DNA of 63,111 nucleotides, counting the filler, from Choristocarpus tenellus KU-1152 (lineage: Eukaryota; Protista; Phaeophyceae): NCBI GenBank assembly GCA_964200185.2. It is 10 parts of 10 records of this genome, joined end to end, with 100 filler letters (N's around TTAATTAATTAA, not from the genome) between each part and the next. Parts side by side here need not be neighbours in the genome. Positions count along the whole stretch, not along the records: positions 15,982 to 24,660 come from CAXNAD020004453.1; positions 24,761 to 29,079 come from CAXNAD020015134.1; positions 29,180 to 32,280 come from CAXNAD020022319.1; positions 32,381 to 37,710 come from CAXNAD020011130.1; positions 37,811 to 53,055 come from CAXNAD020001028.1; 5 more parts are not named here. The stretch is one strand, 5' to 3'. This document shows positions 23,635 to 39,901 of the stretch, piece after piece. The first letter of the stretch is position 1. The number at the start of each line of letters is the position of its first letter. The notes beneath the pieces were generated by a model. That model ran no database searches. It worked only from the letters and a program-made list of their open reading frames with translations, and had not been told where the DNA came from. The position numbers were made by a program, and so were the translations under genes.

Positions 23635-26600
23635 AATATGATCATAATTTTTATAGATTGCCCTTATTAGTCATCAGTCAATCTCCATATGCCGTTGGCC
23701 ATCAGGACCAATGACTATATGACATAGTATAGGATGGAACACTCTATCATTGTGTGCAACTTGGTTATCATGGCCAAAGTTATTTGGTTAGTAATATCTC
23801 CAAGCAATATGAGTGTCATACATGCCCTTGCCTCTTAATATAGAATTGAGATTCTCTAAGTATGTGTGCAGTGTATGTGCTTACACCAGGTGGCCAGAAT
23901 GTGAAGTAGAAAGGGTGCCAAGTATACCGGATAAGTATTGGACGTTTTTGATGCATAAGCAAATATATACCTTCCTTCAGAACATGATCCTATAGATACA
24001 CCTTCCATTGATTGTAACAATCAATGGTAGTAGTAAGATTGGAGTGGTAGGACCCATGTCATTTGCCAATAGCCACATTTGTTTAGTCCAATGTGATGAC
24101 CCATTTTTTATTCATGGGGTAGAGGTACTACGTAACATACCCAGTATGCTTCACTTTCCTGGCGGTATTTTTAACCTCATCATGAATTTTCCCGGCATAA
24201 TAACGTTCAACATACACTTCATCATGATCAATCACTGAACCACGAGAATGGTGGTTGGGTCTGCTTTTTTTTAGATGTGCAAATGTTACATGTGCATCAC
24301 CGGCATTGACCATCCTGAGAGTTGATGTACGTCATGCTAAAGGAGCAAGTAAAGGAGCTCAAGCACAATAGGACTGGTGCAAACTCTTTTCAGCCTAATG
24401 ATTTTATTTTCTCATCATTGGTCTTTTACTGAGTTCAGTGCTTTTTGAGTCAAGATATTTTAGAGGGGATGGATATTGTCCATTTTTTTGTTCAGGGGTT
24501 GAAGATTGTGACGCCCTGAACCTTTTTTTTGTAAATTAATAATTTTTAGGTAACCCTCATGAGGAGTCCTTGGATGTGGAATGAAGACCCTGTGTATAGA
24601 ATTTTGTAGAGATGCACAAATCAGAACACAATCACGGAGACATCCTAACCACCCACCCACNNNNNNNNNNNNNNNNNNNNNNNNNNNNNNNNNNNNNNNN
24701 NNNNTTAATTAATTAANNNNNNNNNNNNNNNNNNNNNNNNNNNNNNNNNNNNNNNNNNNNGGGGGCAACAGTGCTTCACTATCTTTTTCAACATGCTAAC
24801 CCTGCTCACCATGCCCCAAGCAGAACACTGTAGAGGAAAATATTAAGATGTGTAGTAGCCTCCAAGGACGTTGCGTGATATCCCACGGGGGTTCTTCACA
24901 GCACTCTTCTTCATGTGTGCTTGGTCCTTGAGGGTGTACCTTTAATTCATCAACCCGGGGTTGGTGTAGGGGCAGGAAGTGAGGTGGCATTGTGTCTGGG
25001 AGAAGGAGGTGTGTAGTAAGCGTGGAGGAGACACTCACAATAGGTCAGGGACTAGCCATTACTCTCATCATACACTACTAGTGTTTGAATGTTGTGTGAC
25101 TGATGACCACACCTTCGGTCCTCCATACGGAATCCTTAACTGCGGAAGGTTATGAGTGCATTCACTCTGGCCTACCTTTGAGACCTTGAGGTCAGAAGGG
25201 TTCTATCTCCGCGCAGCTCAAGTGTCAATGATCATGAGGACACTCCGCACACAAGGAAAGCTTCTGGGTGCAAAAGCTTGCAGCCAGCACCAGGTGATTC
25301 CAACTTGCAATATTCTATGTGCAGTAGCTGCACTGAAAATATTATTATTACACATACACTCTCCCAGAAAATATTTGGGAGAGTTCGAGTCAAATAAGCT
25401 AATCCTTACCAACTGATGGCCAATTATCTGTTCAACATTCCCTAATCAAGGAGGAAAATCTTGTTCGTGTAGTGCCTCTTGCCCTCCAAGCTGGGTGGAG
25501 GACTGAAAACTGTGCTTGGGAAAAGCAATAGATACAAGGCACTTAACAACAAAATTGTCCAAGGAAAAGGGAACATTGTGTTTCCAACATGGGCAGGATA
25601 ACAAAACCTGTTGTGATCTGATGCTGTTCAGGATAATCCCGTTAGCAACACTGCTCTGGTTTGAGCCCTCTATAAACTGAGCTGTTGACAACTCTAAATC
25701 AGCGAGTATCAAATAAGTTACATAGTATTTCCAGATATGATACATACACTAGGGGAAGTTTGTTCTTCAGGTAGCTGAGAAGAAGAAATGTCTTTTGCAC
25801 TTCTCCTGCACATGCCGACTGCTGAGCAAGATATGTATTGCAAGGATGACATGCCTTCATCATTGGATCAACTCAATTAGATTGACACTGCTCTACTCGT
25901 AGAAAGAGCAATCCAGAGCAAAATGTGCTAAAATATGCAATGCATCACACTCAATGATAAAATTTTCTTAGCACTTTTGTTGTTTAAAAAAGTAACAGCT
26001 ATGTTAGGCCACGATGTGACCTCTCTTCAAAATCCCAAGGGTGCTTTCCCAGCAAAAGAGACGAATAAGCACAGAATGTTCATCCAACCACCCTGCCTCC
26101 AAGATTGATTTCAAGAAGGTGGACATTTGCTCTATGTGCCCGAGGTTACGAACACATTCCTACTGTAATCAGATCATTTCAATGCCTACAACATGTACTA
26201 CCTCGAAAAACACTGTGTACTTGACCTGAAGTATCCGCACTCAGAACCCACTCGCACCTGACCACACGCACAGGAGAGTCTGGAAGAATGCCTCCGGCCT
26301 TGTAAACCTGTAAGTTTCCAACGGGAGGTTCCCGAATCAACCTGCCATGCCGTAGAGGTAGTACAGAATAAGAGCCGACCAACAGAAGAGAATCGAAGCT
26401 GGTGTGGAAAAATTGAGGGGAAGAGAGAGAGAGAGAGGGCTGTCTACAGACAATGGTGGTGGTGAGTGTGATGTCAACTGAGAGTTGACACAATACATTT
26501 AACATCCTTTTGTGTGTACCGTCAAGATCAAGGGGGGTGAGACATGTTCTATTCCATGATCAGCTGCTGTGGTTCTCTCTACTTGGGTGTACTATGATGA

Positions 26601-29018
26601 CCTGGCACAGCATCAGTTAGCACAGTGACCACATTTAGTAGAAGTAGGGATATACCCGATGGCATTGGCGATAAAATTCGAGTTATCTAACCGGCAGAGC
26701 ACGATTCTGCCCTACAGCTGGTCAGGCTTCAGAACAATGCCAACAGTCTAAAATTGTCATTGAGATGTCGCAGGGAGAAGTAGAGATACTGGAGCTGCAA
26801 CCAAAGCCCTACCTAGGAAAAACCAACAGTTGAATTCTACTTCTGTTCTTGTTAGATTTTGTTATACTAAATTTCGCTTCATGTAGATAAGTTGTCATAG
26901 AAAACACTGATTCTCAACACTGAGCCAAACCAATTGAGAGGTAGGCAGGGTTGTAATTTAAGGATCCCAAGAAAGGGCAATAAAAAACATTTTGTACAAC
27001 TGTAGGGAGAGGATTTGCTTCATTGTTGTGTCACTTTGTGCGTGGGAAGGGAAAGATCAATTTTGCATACACTATTGTGCACATAAAGCAATGAAATCAA
27101 ATTTATTGCACAGGGTTATAAGAAAGACGACTTAGAGGGCGAAAAAGGTTCAAAACCTGCCTACCTCTTAACTGATTTGGCTCACACTCAAGTGCTACTC
27201 TGAGCCCTTTATCTCCAAACAAATGTTTATGTTTGAACATGTTTGGGACATAGATCACAGTTATCCTGAATGCAAGTAGAAACATATCTACGCAATGTTG
27301 TTCAAACTTGTATCTACCCCTTGACCAGGAGCTGCAATTTGTGGAATGTCCAAGATGTATTGTGTAATAGGAGTGATAAATTATGTCCATTGGATGAGTG
27401 AGAGCATATGTGAGTGCTCCTGACTCGCATTGTGGCGAAAGATTGAGTCATCACGCTCAAGAACATTGAGACAAGATTATGTAAGGGTATTTATACTTCG
27501 AATTGTAAGGAAGGTGAATGGCACGATGTCCACGTCCCTTAGAGTGACCGAATTTCATTACCCCTTCGGAGTGTGTGCTATCTATTCGGAGGTATCCCAC
27601 AATACGGTGGGTTATTTGTATTTATGCTACAATACCAAATACTCTCTGTTGTCTCACCTGAACTGATGTCCCATCTGGACGGAGGGTGATGTCACTGGCC
27701 TCACCGAGGGCTTGAAGTAGTCAAGGCTGGACCCCCGTTTCCCGACACAGGGCAGAGTTCCGTCTAGGAGATGCTTTGGAATTAGTCCTGTATTAATGCT
27801 TCGCTGCGAAAGGTTTCGTATCTGGTACCAACACAGACGGATGGTCCCAAGATCAAGCATCACGCATATGTGAATGGTAACACAGGAGGAATCGAATGGT
27901 CGTATTCAAAGTACTACCGAGAAATGTTAGCATAGTAATTGAAAGGTCTCTCACCACCTTAACAGACTCTTGTAAAAGCTAATGCCACGAAGGGGTGGTC
28001 GTCAGAACAGCGTGAGGTGGTGACAGGAGGTTATGGAGCACCTGTGTCATGTGGAGTCTGCTTGGACAGTTGTCATGAAATGACAACCATGTATCACGTG
28101 CTGCTGTGTCCACAGGGAAGTTGATGCCCCTTTAAGGAACCGTGGGAGGCCGATTTAGGGAGCAAGGACATCGGCATCACTGCATGAGAAAGTGCTCTAT
28201 CGCGATGCGACCCCACAAACTCGACATACACTAGACGAAAAGAAACGGGAACTCAATGGCACACTCATCCTCAAGGCAGCAGACTTCGCTATAGATCAAC
28301 ACCCATGAGCTGATTCTTCCGGTTGAATTAGACCAACAGGGTCGACAAGGTGCTCCATTATTCATTATACGTCATGGAGGTAGTGTAATTCAACCTCCTC
28401 GCATCAACTACACCACATCCACATCGTGTTATGGCGACTGTACCAATCGTTTGTTTCTGCTTTAACAGCGACCATGTGCGGGTCAACTCCATCTCTTCTA
28501 CCAATGCGCCCGCCTCATCAGCACATTATCAATACTAACTGTTCTCTTTCAAAGTTTAGCTTCTCGTTGGCCTTCCCCTCACCCGGTAGTCTGCGGTCGG
28601 GTTTTTGTGTCCTCTCCCCACACCTTCGAAGGAGGTGTTCGCCATGAAGGGACGAAATTGGTTGGCAGCAGTGGGAACTCCTCCACAGAAAACTGTGGAG
28701 TGTGCACCCGAGGGCGCTGAACGGTCCTCACTGTGCTCGTAGAGTACATTCGAGTGTGCTTGTCTGCTAAGTAGGGTCTTCGTAGGGTTGTTTGCCAAGC
28801 AGTGTCTTTGCAGGGGTGACACTTAGTGAGGAGTCGAAGGCGAAGGAGTTGCGGTTCGGAGGTTGAGCAAAAGCGGCAGAAGCTCCCCAGCCAATGAGGT
28901 GATCGAAAGATACGTCATCTTGCTCGCGCGACCGCGCCTTATGATCAATTGATTTACTTCTTGTGTGGATCATGATATTAAATTAAAAAGAGTATTGTCG
29001 TTCAACACCACCCTACAA

Positions 29019-29079
29019 CAGTGGATTCGCAAAATTGAGGATGGAGCGGGACTATGAGGATGGTTGTTTTGCGAAAACG
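29019..29079 (+). mobile_element. Family 2 terminus (hAT-like, CAG start), cut by gap
   Basis: CAGTGGATTCGCAAAATTGAGGATGGAGCGGGACTATGAGGATGG; homologous to 52991 and 63071. Confidence 0.65.
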
Positions 29080-29206
29080 NNNNNNNNNNNNNNNNNNNNN
29101 NNNNNNNNNNNNNNNNNNNNNNNTTAATTAATTAANNNNNNNNNNNNNNNNNNNNNNNNNNNNNNNNNNNNNNNNNNNNTTAGTTGGCCGGGGAGGTGTG
29201 ACGTTG

Positions 29207-29223
29207 CGGGTGGGGGGGGGAGT

Positions 29224-29266
<43 letters not shown>

Positions 29267-29414
29267 CTACATGACAGTATCCGTTCGGGTCCTGACCAGG
29301 AGAAGTGCACTTATATTATTCATCGGACACATGCAACCAAATCATCCAAAAATCAGTACATGGAAAAATGGGCCCTGAATAGATAGCCGTCATCCCCCAC
29401 AGATACTTTGAGCC
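29207..29414 (+). mobile_element. MITE family 1 copy with an expanded poly-G and no left TIR tip
   Basis: G-run then TCTACATGACAGTATCCGTTCGGGTCCTGACCAGGAGAAGTGCAC...CAGATACTTTGAGCC. Confidence 0.85.
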
Positions 29415-29951
29415 TCACCCACCTGTCAATACGGAAGCCAACATGACCTAACTAACTCTAAAAAGGTGGCAGGAATGAGGCACATAGGTGTGCCCTCAAG
29501 CCTCTTCAAATGTCTGCACAGCCTGCATCAGATTGTGCACAACAGAGGTCTAGTACTGAAGAGCAAGAACCTCTTTGTCCTCCTGCAGAAGGAACAGCCT
29601 ACTTTTTCGTTTAAAAAACAGCATTAGGATCGGATACATTAAGCAGTTGTTTAATTGTTAAAACCTTTCGGATCATGAGTAGCCGTGTGGAATCAAGTAA
29701 ACACTCCTTTGCCACGCCGCAGGAAGCAAGCCATCCACAGGTCAAAAGCACAGCCATAACAAGAGAAAGTCTCTTAGGAGCTGAAAAATAATACAAGCGG
29801 AAATAATAATAATGAAATGCAGATACTCATGGTGCTGCACAAAGTCCCAATGGGTTGGCCTGCAGACTGGTCTCATTGAAATCTTTGACTTCTATGGACT
29901 GGTTCTGTAACATTTGCCCAGTCAGGTAAAAGACCTTGATCATTTTCTCAC

Positions 29952-31994
<2,043 letters not shown>

Positions 31995-32251
31995 TCATGT
32001 GTCAGTTGTCATATGTCAGTTGTCATGTGAATCCATACCCCCAACCCACCCATCCATCCATCCATCCACCCATCCATCCATCCATGTGTGCATTTCGTCT
32101 GCAAGTAAACACACACACTAGTAGGTTGGGAATAGAGACTTGGAGTGTGTGTAAGCTGACATAGACCTATACATGTGAAGCACAACCAAGCATACATGTA
32201 AAAAAAAAAAATAACAACAAGAAGTTCAGAGGGAAAGAAGGAAATTCGAAT

Positions 32252-32280
32252 GACTCAAAGTATCTGGGGGGGGGGGAGAG
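32252..32280 (+). mobile_element. MITE family 1, left end (cut by gap)
   Basis: GACTCAAAGTATCTG(n). Confidence 0.8.
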
Positions 32281-32380
32281 NNNNNNNNNNNNNNNNNNNN
32301 NNNNNNNNNNNNNNNNNNNNNNNNTTAATTAATTAANNNNNNNNNNNNNNNNNNNNNNNNNNNNNNNNNNNNNNNNNNNN

Positions 32381-32477
32381 TTCAGGCAGCGGGTGGATAA
32401 TTCAAGGGCCCTTTTCCGGGTCAGGGTCCAAATGGATACCCTGGTGTAGACCCCCCCCCCCCCAGATACTTTCAGTC
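32381..32477 (-). mobile_element. MITE family 1, left half in reverse orientation (cut by gap)
   Basis: CCAAATGGATACCCTGGTGTAGAC(n)AGATACTTTCAGTC. Confidence 0.85.
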
Positions 32478-34707
32478 AGACCTGATATTTCAATGTTTGT
32501 CAAATTGACTGAACCACGGTCAAAGTTGAAGGCAGGGGCATTTCGAGGTGATATGTGCGTCATAATTTGATTGGAAAATTGAATTTCAGTAGGTAGCACA
32601 AGGCATGAAACTATTATTACAGGTGTTTTGAGATTGTTGGAAGGGGGTGGAGATTAGATATCACTGGGGAAAACTATCTATATTTATGGTTTTACATTAC
32701 GAAGTATATTATACTGGAAAAGAGCGTATAATATTATGATGCTTCCAAATTGGAATAGGTTATTATGGTGCTGGAAGTGGCAAACGACTCGAGAAACACA
32801 GCATTGTTACTGTTGGTGTAACCGTTAAGAATTATGAAGTATCTGAAGTATTTGGCGTACAAGACACAAAAGATAAAGAGAGGACAGAGATTTTGTGCAT
32901 TGTAGTAATGACGAACACACTTAATATGTATCCCTACTTGTTCATTGATGTTTCGGATAGTGAAGAACGACACTATCCAAATGCTGTTTGCTGCTCACCA
33001 TGCAGGAACAACACTCCTTTAAATCTCTAAACGGGCGGCAATCTTTCCATCCAGCTCTTCGTCCACGCCCTCCTTCTCTTCACCATTCTCTTCTTCGTCC
33101 ACCTCAGTGTCAGGGAGGGCAATGATATGCTCCTCCCCAAGCTCACTCTCTTCATCCTCCCCGTTCATCCTCATCTTGAACTTCTTTGTTCGGGAACATT
33201 TTGCAGCTTCACTCAAGGCTAGGAACTTGGCCTTTGTCCTCATTTTCCCTTTCACGCATTCGGCCTCTTGCACACATTCTCTCTATCATTCCATTTTACT
33301 TACCAGTGATCCAGTCTGCGGCAAAGTCCCAATTGCAATACAAGTATGCCGGATCTCTTATATCTCATGGATGGTTCTGGAATGTGTTAATCTTAGACTG
33401 TGCATAGTTCCTACCTAGCACAGGGAGGGATATGTTGCATATTAGGACGTCATCAGGTCGAGATTATTCCCAACCTGACAAGCCAATCCCCGAACCAACG
33501 TCTCAACTTCTAGGCACCACTGTGCAACCACTGAAGAGGAATATCATATCCATGGAATGCGAGGGTTCTGATATTTGCAATGCACCACTCATTGTTGATA
33601 GGTTGCGATGGTGGGGTTTCGGTTAGCCATTATCCACACTACTATCGCGAACTCCGATGATATCCATGTCCGGGATCACACATTTAAGGACTGAAGACTG
33701 AAAAACTCTCACTTACAACAGGAAATTATTGTAGGTCAAGAGCATACCACGACTGATTCAACAACCCAAAGAGAAACAACTTAACTTTTAACCTATTACT
33801 GTTGTGCAACCTCTAGAAGACACCCGAAGTCCACCTCTGCAGGGATGGATCCTGATCTTTTCAATACACCGCTTCATGTTGAGATATTGTTTGTGGTGTT
33901 GGAAGTAATGGAGGAAGGAATGACATGTAAAAGGAAATTGTTTATTGTTCCTTTGTGTAACAGACAGTTTTGGAACGTACAGAATGTGGATGGGTATGGA
34001 TGGGTATGGTGATGGAATCTGGATATGAGATGACCGTTTACGAAGATATATTACTAATACTAAATATAATAGTACTGGAATAGTAAGATTTTAACGTATT
34101 CAGATTTTCGAACCTGATTACATCAACAGTTTCATATCGTCATTTTCGAACATTGTGGTGTTGTTGAAGATATTATGTTGTTGCACTTCTTTCTGCTCTA
34201 TTCATTGGTTACTGTGTAGGGGTAGAGAAAAATGGATTAAACTCAGTAAACTACCACTTACATATTTCACTTATTATTTTACTGGATCAAATGGATGCTA
34301 AGATGTCATATGGGAATGAAAACCTGAATGTTACAATATCGTTGAAAGAATTGGACATACGAGAAAAAAGAAAAATAAATAATCGGAATATATTTTCTTT
34401 GGGAATTCTCTAATCATGTGCTGGATATACATACAGGATATTGTGGTGTTCCACTCTCTTACAACTCACTGGATTGTGTAGGGTTTCAGGACAGGGTCAT
34501 TTCCCGAAGTATTTCCAAGAAGCGACTACAACTTGACTCTCAAGCCACACAAACAGCTCAAACGACCTTGTTATTCAATTCTGGATCGCGTAGAGTGTGT
34601 ATCTCGTTGCGATCCTGAATCTGGGCAGGGGAGTTGTTTCGAGGCAAATTCTCTTTCATTTGTTCTATCCCGTTTGTCTTTGCAAAGGGAATTGGTGAAG
34701 ACAGCAA

Positions 34708-35092
34708 TGGGCGAGCCAATTTTTTCAGGGATTCTCTGCCTTGTGATGGCCTTTGGAATGATGGGGTGGAATTGGCATGTGGTGGAGGAGCAAAAGAAGG
34801 ACCTGAAGCGTCAGGCTGAGTGCGCTAAGGCGTCGGATGAGCTGGCACGTGCAAAACTAGAAGTTGGAGTGGAGGAGTGCAGCATTTCCAACATCACGAC
34901 GTCGGCTTCTGATAGTGTGTCGTTCAACTCAGAGAGTGCAGAGCGGTCACCTGTGATTTCCTTGAAACTGAGCTCCGAGTATGAAGAGCAATCGTGTGTA
35001 AAGGTGCAGAAATCCCGTGATAGGGCGCAGACCTCTCCACCCTCGCCACCATCATCCCCTGCACCACTGGACTCCAGCATGCTCTCGTTCAG
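34708..35092 (+). CDS. Hypothetical protein exon: N-terminal TM helix, short coiled coil, Ser/Pro-rich tail
   Basis: MGEPIFSGILCLVMAFGMMGWNW..EEQKKDLKRQAECAKASDELARAKLE within a 189-aa ORF; possible donor AG|GTGGAT at 35093. Confidence 0.5.
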
Positions 35093-35791
35093 GTGGATAT
35101 AGTTGTATGAATATTTGCGTTAAACCTCTTGTTTTGCAATGGATTCATGGTGTGGGTGTGACTAATGCAGGAACACATGTATAAGTTCCAACCTTGGTTA
35201 GAGAAGGGCTTTCATTCGAGCACGTGTATAGTTTTTCTCATCATTTTATGTCAAGTTCCTGGATCTGGATCTGCATACCACGGCATGGTTGCAATGCTGT
35301 CGTTAATGTAAAGCCAATGAATAAAGTCCAGCTAGTTGAGTTGCTCATGCCCTCCACGATCCTCTTGCATGTTCCTCGCCAGACCCACACCTCTGGATGG
35401 AGACTCGGATCTCCTTCTGCCACAACAATCCGTGGTGGGGTCCACTGTCGCCACACACTGAGGACTCAGTGCTGACATACACGAACCCTCGCTAGCTCAA
35501 GCGAAAGCACCTCTTGTTCCAGATATCGAGCGTGGTCGACGTGGACCGCCCAAAGTTTTTATTTCGCTTCATACCTGCTAGGGGCTGATGCAGGGAACAA
35601 GAGAAGCTTCTTGGAGAGGTGCAGTGAAAAGAATGCCAGGAATTGAAACCGCTTGGGGAGAGACTTCAAGAACAAAGCAAAGCATATCGCTCAAGGGACG
35701 AGCAATGAACACAGTGAGGAGTGGATCGACCGTGCTTTTTGGACACGATTGGCTTAAGTTAACCTGTTGAGACACCCATGATGTCGTGTAC

Positions 35792-36281
35792 TTAGATGCC
35801 ACCTAGTTTGCCTGTTGTAGGTGACATGTACATCATCTTTGCCGCGAGTGAGGGTTGGAGTGACCGTAACTGTAATGCTCCCCTATCGCCTGCCCTTGAG
35901 AGAAAATCGGATACCTCAAGGTCTAGATGTAAGGGATCTTTTGTGTGTGCTACATACCTTGTAGAAATGACATCATTAGTGTATTGTGGATCTGTTGACA
36001 AAACTATTCAGTTCGCACAGAACCTCACAATTGGGCCCACAAGGGAACAGGGCAGGTTCTGAGTTTCCTTGTTTATAGAGTGCCAGTAAAGTGTGATGCT
36101 TAATGTTTGTATGTTTTTGTTGTTTGGGAGTTTGGGTGGGTTCTGTCAAGGTTTTCCCTTCTGTGACCTCTTCCCGTGTTGATTTTTTTCCCCTCCATTT
36201 CACCCCCCCATCCCAAGGTATGTTTTTTTTGTGGGGGTGGATAAACCTGCGCCTTTGGCCCATGTCGAGTGCACTCAAGTT
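35792..36281 (-). CDS. Possible 3' exons of an unidentified gene
   Basis: Short exon ~36281-36247 (NLSALDMGQRR) splices in frame to ~35957-35792 (RYVAHTKDPLHLDLEVSDFLSRAGDRGALQLRSLQPSLAAKMMYMSPTTGKLGGI, stop). Confidence 0.35.
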
Positions 36282-36642
36282 CTTGTTACTTGGGAGTGTT
36301 TTTTTATGTCTTGATTCCAAGATATTGCAGGTGCAGGCAGGGTATCAAATGAGCGCTGGCCTTGTGTTCCAAGGCGCCCAAAACGAAAATGAAACTTGAC
36401 CTGTTTCCTCCAGCTGTGAGATTTTTTTTATTTGTTTTTATTTGTTTACGGTAGTACAGTGAAAAAAAGTACAAAAAGAACAAGGAAAAATTATCTTTTT
36501 TGTGTTTGTTACGTAGCTATATTCTCTTGTAGGACCCCAAAACAAAAAAACGGTGAGTGGATTTTATTTATCCTTTCTGCTCATCGAAAAGTAGTTTCTT
36601 CTTGCGTCTGTAACACAGTGGTGGAGTGTTTAGTGCAGCTGC

Positions 36643-36698
<56 letters not shown>

Positions 36699-37658
36699 AC
36701 CCTTAATTGTTTGAGCTAATCGTAACAAATGAACTGTACATGACTGTTCTAAGTGGAACAATTCTTTTTTTGTTTTTCCAAACACGCATGAGATCCAACC
36801 TATTCCTTACGTTGTTGATGTGGTGACTTTCATTCTAACCTGCCCTGCAAGTCAACATGACTGAAAAAGGAATGCTATTCAAATCAGACTACTATTTATG
36901 GATGTATTATGTTCGTGTGTTCGACCTCAGGGACCAAGTTTTAGGGGACCTTTGTCTTCATTATTCATTTCTGTACATTTAGGACATGTCTGATTACACA
37001 GGGTGTTTATATATTGTCTCGACAATTGGGGACAAAAAGAAATTGTTGATTTTTTATTTTTGAATTGAACTTTCTTCAAGAAAAAAAGGAGCAAAAGTCT
37101 TTTTTGTATTGGTGTGTATATATCAAATGGCAGAATGTTTCTATATATTTGAAGGCAGAATCAACCTCCAAGTTTTTTTTTCATCTACTTGTAACACCAC
37201 AGCTAGAGTCACTCAAAACAAAAGCTACGTCTTTTGAAGGAATGTTGCTATCACCAGCCTGCTGATGTTGCTTCTGTTCAATTGTAAGGATACATATTTC
37301 TCTCTAGAAACTAAACAAAAAAAAAACAAAAAATTCCCCCGAACAAACTCTGGAACATGACTTTGCACTCGTCAATTCTTGACGCCTTTTGCCCTATTTC
37401 TCTTCCCACCCTGAGGTGTTCGATTTTTGTCTGGTTCATCCAAAGGTGACATGGGCACCTCATGCTGTGGATAGATAGCCCCAGAAAAAGTCAAACAAGG
37501 GCTTCGTAGACATCGAGAGCTGCAACACAATAACACTAAATAGCTCAAGTTTCAAGTACACATTTTTGTCCTTCCCCTGTTGGTTGTTGCCCCATCCAAT
37601 CTTTTGCAACATGTTTTTGTGTAGCATGTACCTCTTGTGTCAGGTGACATGTTGCCGA

Positions 37659-37710
37659 GACCCAAAGTATCTGGGGGGGGGGGGGGGGGGCCTAAACTAG
37701 TGTGTCCATT
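37659..37710 (+). mobile_element. MITE family 1, left end (cut by gap)
   Basis: GACCCAAAGTATCTG(n)CCTAAACTAGTGTGTCCATT. Confidence 0.85.
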
Positions 37711-37829
37711 NNNNNNNNNNNNNNNNNNNNNNNNNNNNNNNNNNNNNNNNNNNNTTAATTAATTAANNNNNNNNNNNNNNNNNNNNNNNNNNNNNNNNNN
37801 NNNNNNNNNNTGAGGATTATTTCTTGAGT

Positions 37830-38008
37830 GACCCAAAGTATCTGGGGGGGGGGGAGGGATCTACACCAGAGTGTCCATTTGGACCAAACCAGGAAAAGTG
37901 CACTTTCATTATCCATCAAACGTAAGGAACCAAATCACCCAATTATCGAGACATGAAAAAATTGCCCCCAAATGGACAGCCGCCACCCCCTCCCAGATAC
38001 TTTGAGCC
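37830..38008 (+). mobile_element. MITE family 1, full-length (179 bp)
   Basis: TIRs GACCCAAAGTATCTGGG / CCCAGATACTTTGAGCC; subterminal TGTCCATTTGG / CCAAATGGACA. No matching TSD (GAGT vs ACCG). Confidence 0.9.
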
Positions 38009-39723
38009 ACCGCCAGACACATTTCAGGACCTCCCCAGACCGACTATTCCACACATTGGCGGCCTTGACACGTCTAAAGTTTGGTCTCAGGTGATCTGGG
38101 GAGCTCGATTTAGAGAACTGGGTGCCGCTCTTGCCTCCTCGATATACCCTTGTTCACATTTGTGATAATATCTGCAGTCGCTTCCATTCCCAACACTTCA
38201 TTACGCATGCAACACACACATTGCTGAAGACAATACTGACTTTCTCAATCTCGTTTTGATTATTAGCCTGATCACCTGACCCCTCTCATTTGCACAGAGT
38301 CGACAAGTGAGCTGAGCAGCCTGTCTACCTTAATTGCTCATTTATAACAAGTCCAGTGAAATGAAGGAAGCACCCACAAGTCGTGGTATGTGGTGGCAAT
38401 TCGGGGGGCATGATGTCCCTTGTGGTCATGGGGTACGCATAATAGCTGACCTGTAGCAACTTGCCCATCGTCCTCATTGAGGTCACACCCTTCCTTGTAT
38501 CACACGATCTGATGCAAATCTCAAGTCAATGTTGCTTGCCCTTTCATTATGACTGACACATGGATGCTAGTATTATTGTCGAGTTTGTCACCAAATATGT
38601 CATGAACCCCTGCATTTACAATGCAACCAAGGACTCAGGGGTTAGGTTCACATGGAGATGAGGGAGGGTTCTAAGCGCATGTCGACACCAAACCAACTAA
38701 ACTTTGCTCTACAATCTGCGTGTGAGTACGAGACGAGACGAAACACATAATCTCCACAATTCTTTTCATCTTATCGCCCCCTCCAAATATTGCGTATGAA
38801 ATATCTCTAGAAAACCCCCCCACATATTTCCAGGGTTTGTCACAAATCAGGACTATTGAAGGTGTAGGTGGAACAAATAATTGTAATGTTAACAGTTAAT
38901 CATACCGGTTCACCGCCAATCAGTATTTTGGTCTGCGGAAATCGGAAGTTTCCCTCATTATCGGTACGACAAAAATCCCCTATTTTCAACTTTGGTCAGA
39001 AATCTCCTCTTACATACAGGAACAAAAGAAATGGATGAATAGTAGAACAGCGAAAGGATTGGCTGTATAGAAGTCAGATTTAAACTGGAGAAATGATGAT
39101 CAAAATAGTACTGGATCTTACTCGAGTATGTTCTCGGACTTCCACTGCGTTGATTGAGTGGAAGTGAGACTGGGACTCAGGATCCACAATGTTGTTGTGG
39201 TCTCAAATACGGACCTGAAACTAACTGTGCATGTGCCTTGAAATAAAGTTGGACCAGGTCCCAGCGACTACAGAATTGTACCTCAAACCCTAAACAGTGA
39301 CAGGACCATAAGTCCAACCGGGAGCCATACACGATGTTGTGGATTGAGACACCAACCTGGTGGGCACGACCATATGGGAATGTACAGACTCGAGAAGGTC
39401 CTGAGAGATCCCTACATTCTTCCCAGGTACCTCCTCTGCCATAGTACAGGTACATATTCAATTCAATGTCTATGGAATGTCGGACTTACCAATATTTATG
39501 TAGTACAACTGCCTTGTGAGCTACAGTGTGGTATGTTCAGATCACGAACCCACTTCACACTCTTAATGGCATTCATACCTACCTACATTTTCTCGGTCTG
39601 GAAGCATGCCAACCCCCTCTTCAATACACCTCATAGAGCCTGCAGGGGTGGCTATATTGAGAACAAAGCGTTTTCTTGAACATAATGTTGTTGTGTTCAT
39701 TGGCAGGCACAACATAACGGTAG

Positions 39724-39901
39724 GACTCAAAGTATGTGTGTGTGTGGGGGGGTCTACACCAGAGTTTCCATTCGGCCTTGACCAGGAGAAGTGCACTTAC
39801 ATTATCCATCCAATACATGCAAACAAATTCATCCAAAAATCGAGGCATGGAAAAATGGACCCAAATGGACAGCCACCACCCCCCCCCAGATACTTAGGCT
39901 C
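39724..39901 (+). mobile_element. MITE family 1, full-length, near-TSD GTAG/ATAG
   Basis: GACTCAAAGTATGTGTG...CCCAGATACTTAGGCTC. Confidence 0.9.

Noticed and set aside
23700-24480. Possible Tc1/IS630-like transposase relic (KWVITLD*TNV)
   Set aside because: Too many stops and only one weak motif; cannot be assigned by eye.
24761-29018. Short ORFs throughout contig 6
   Set aside because: No coherent exon chain or motif; probably decayed TE sequence that needs a library search.
36643-36696. Poly-proline ORF from a poly-C run
   Set aside because: Homopolymer of uncertain length; the translation is an artefact, as are the poly-Gly/Pro ORFs at 29198 and the poly-Thr ORF at 22391.
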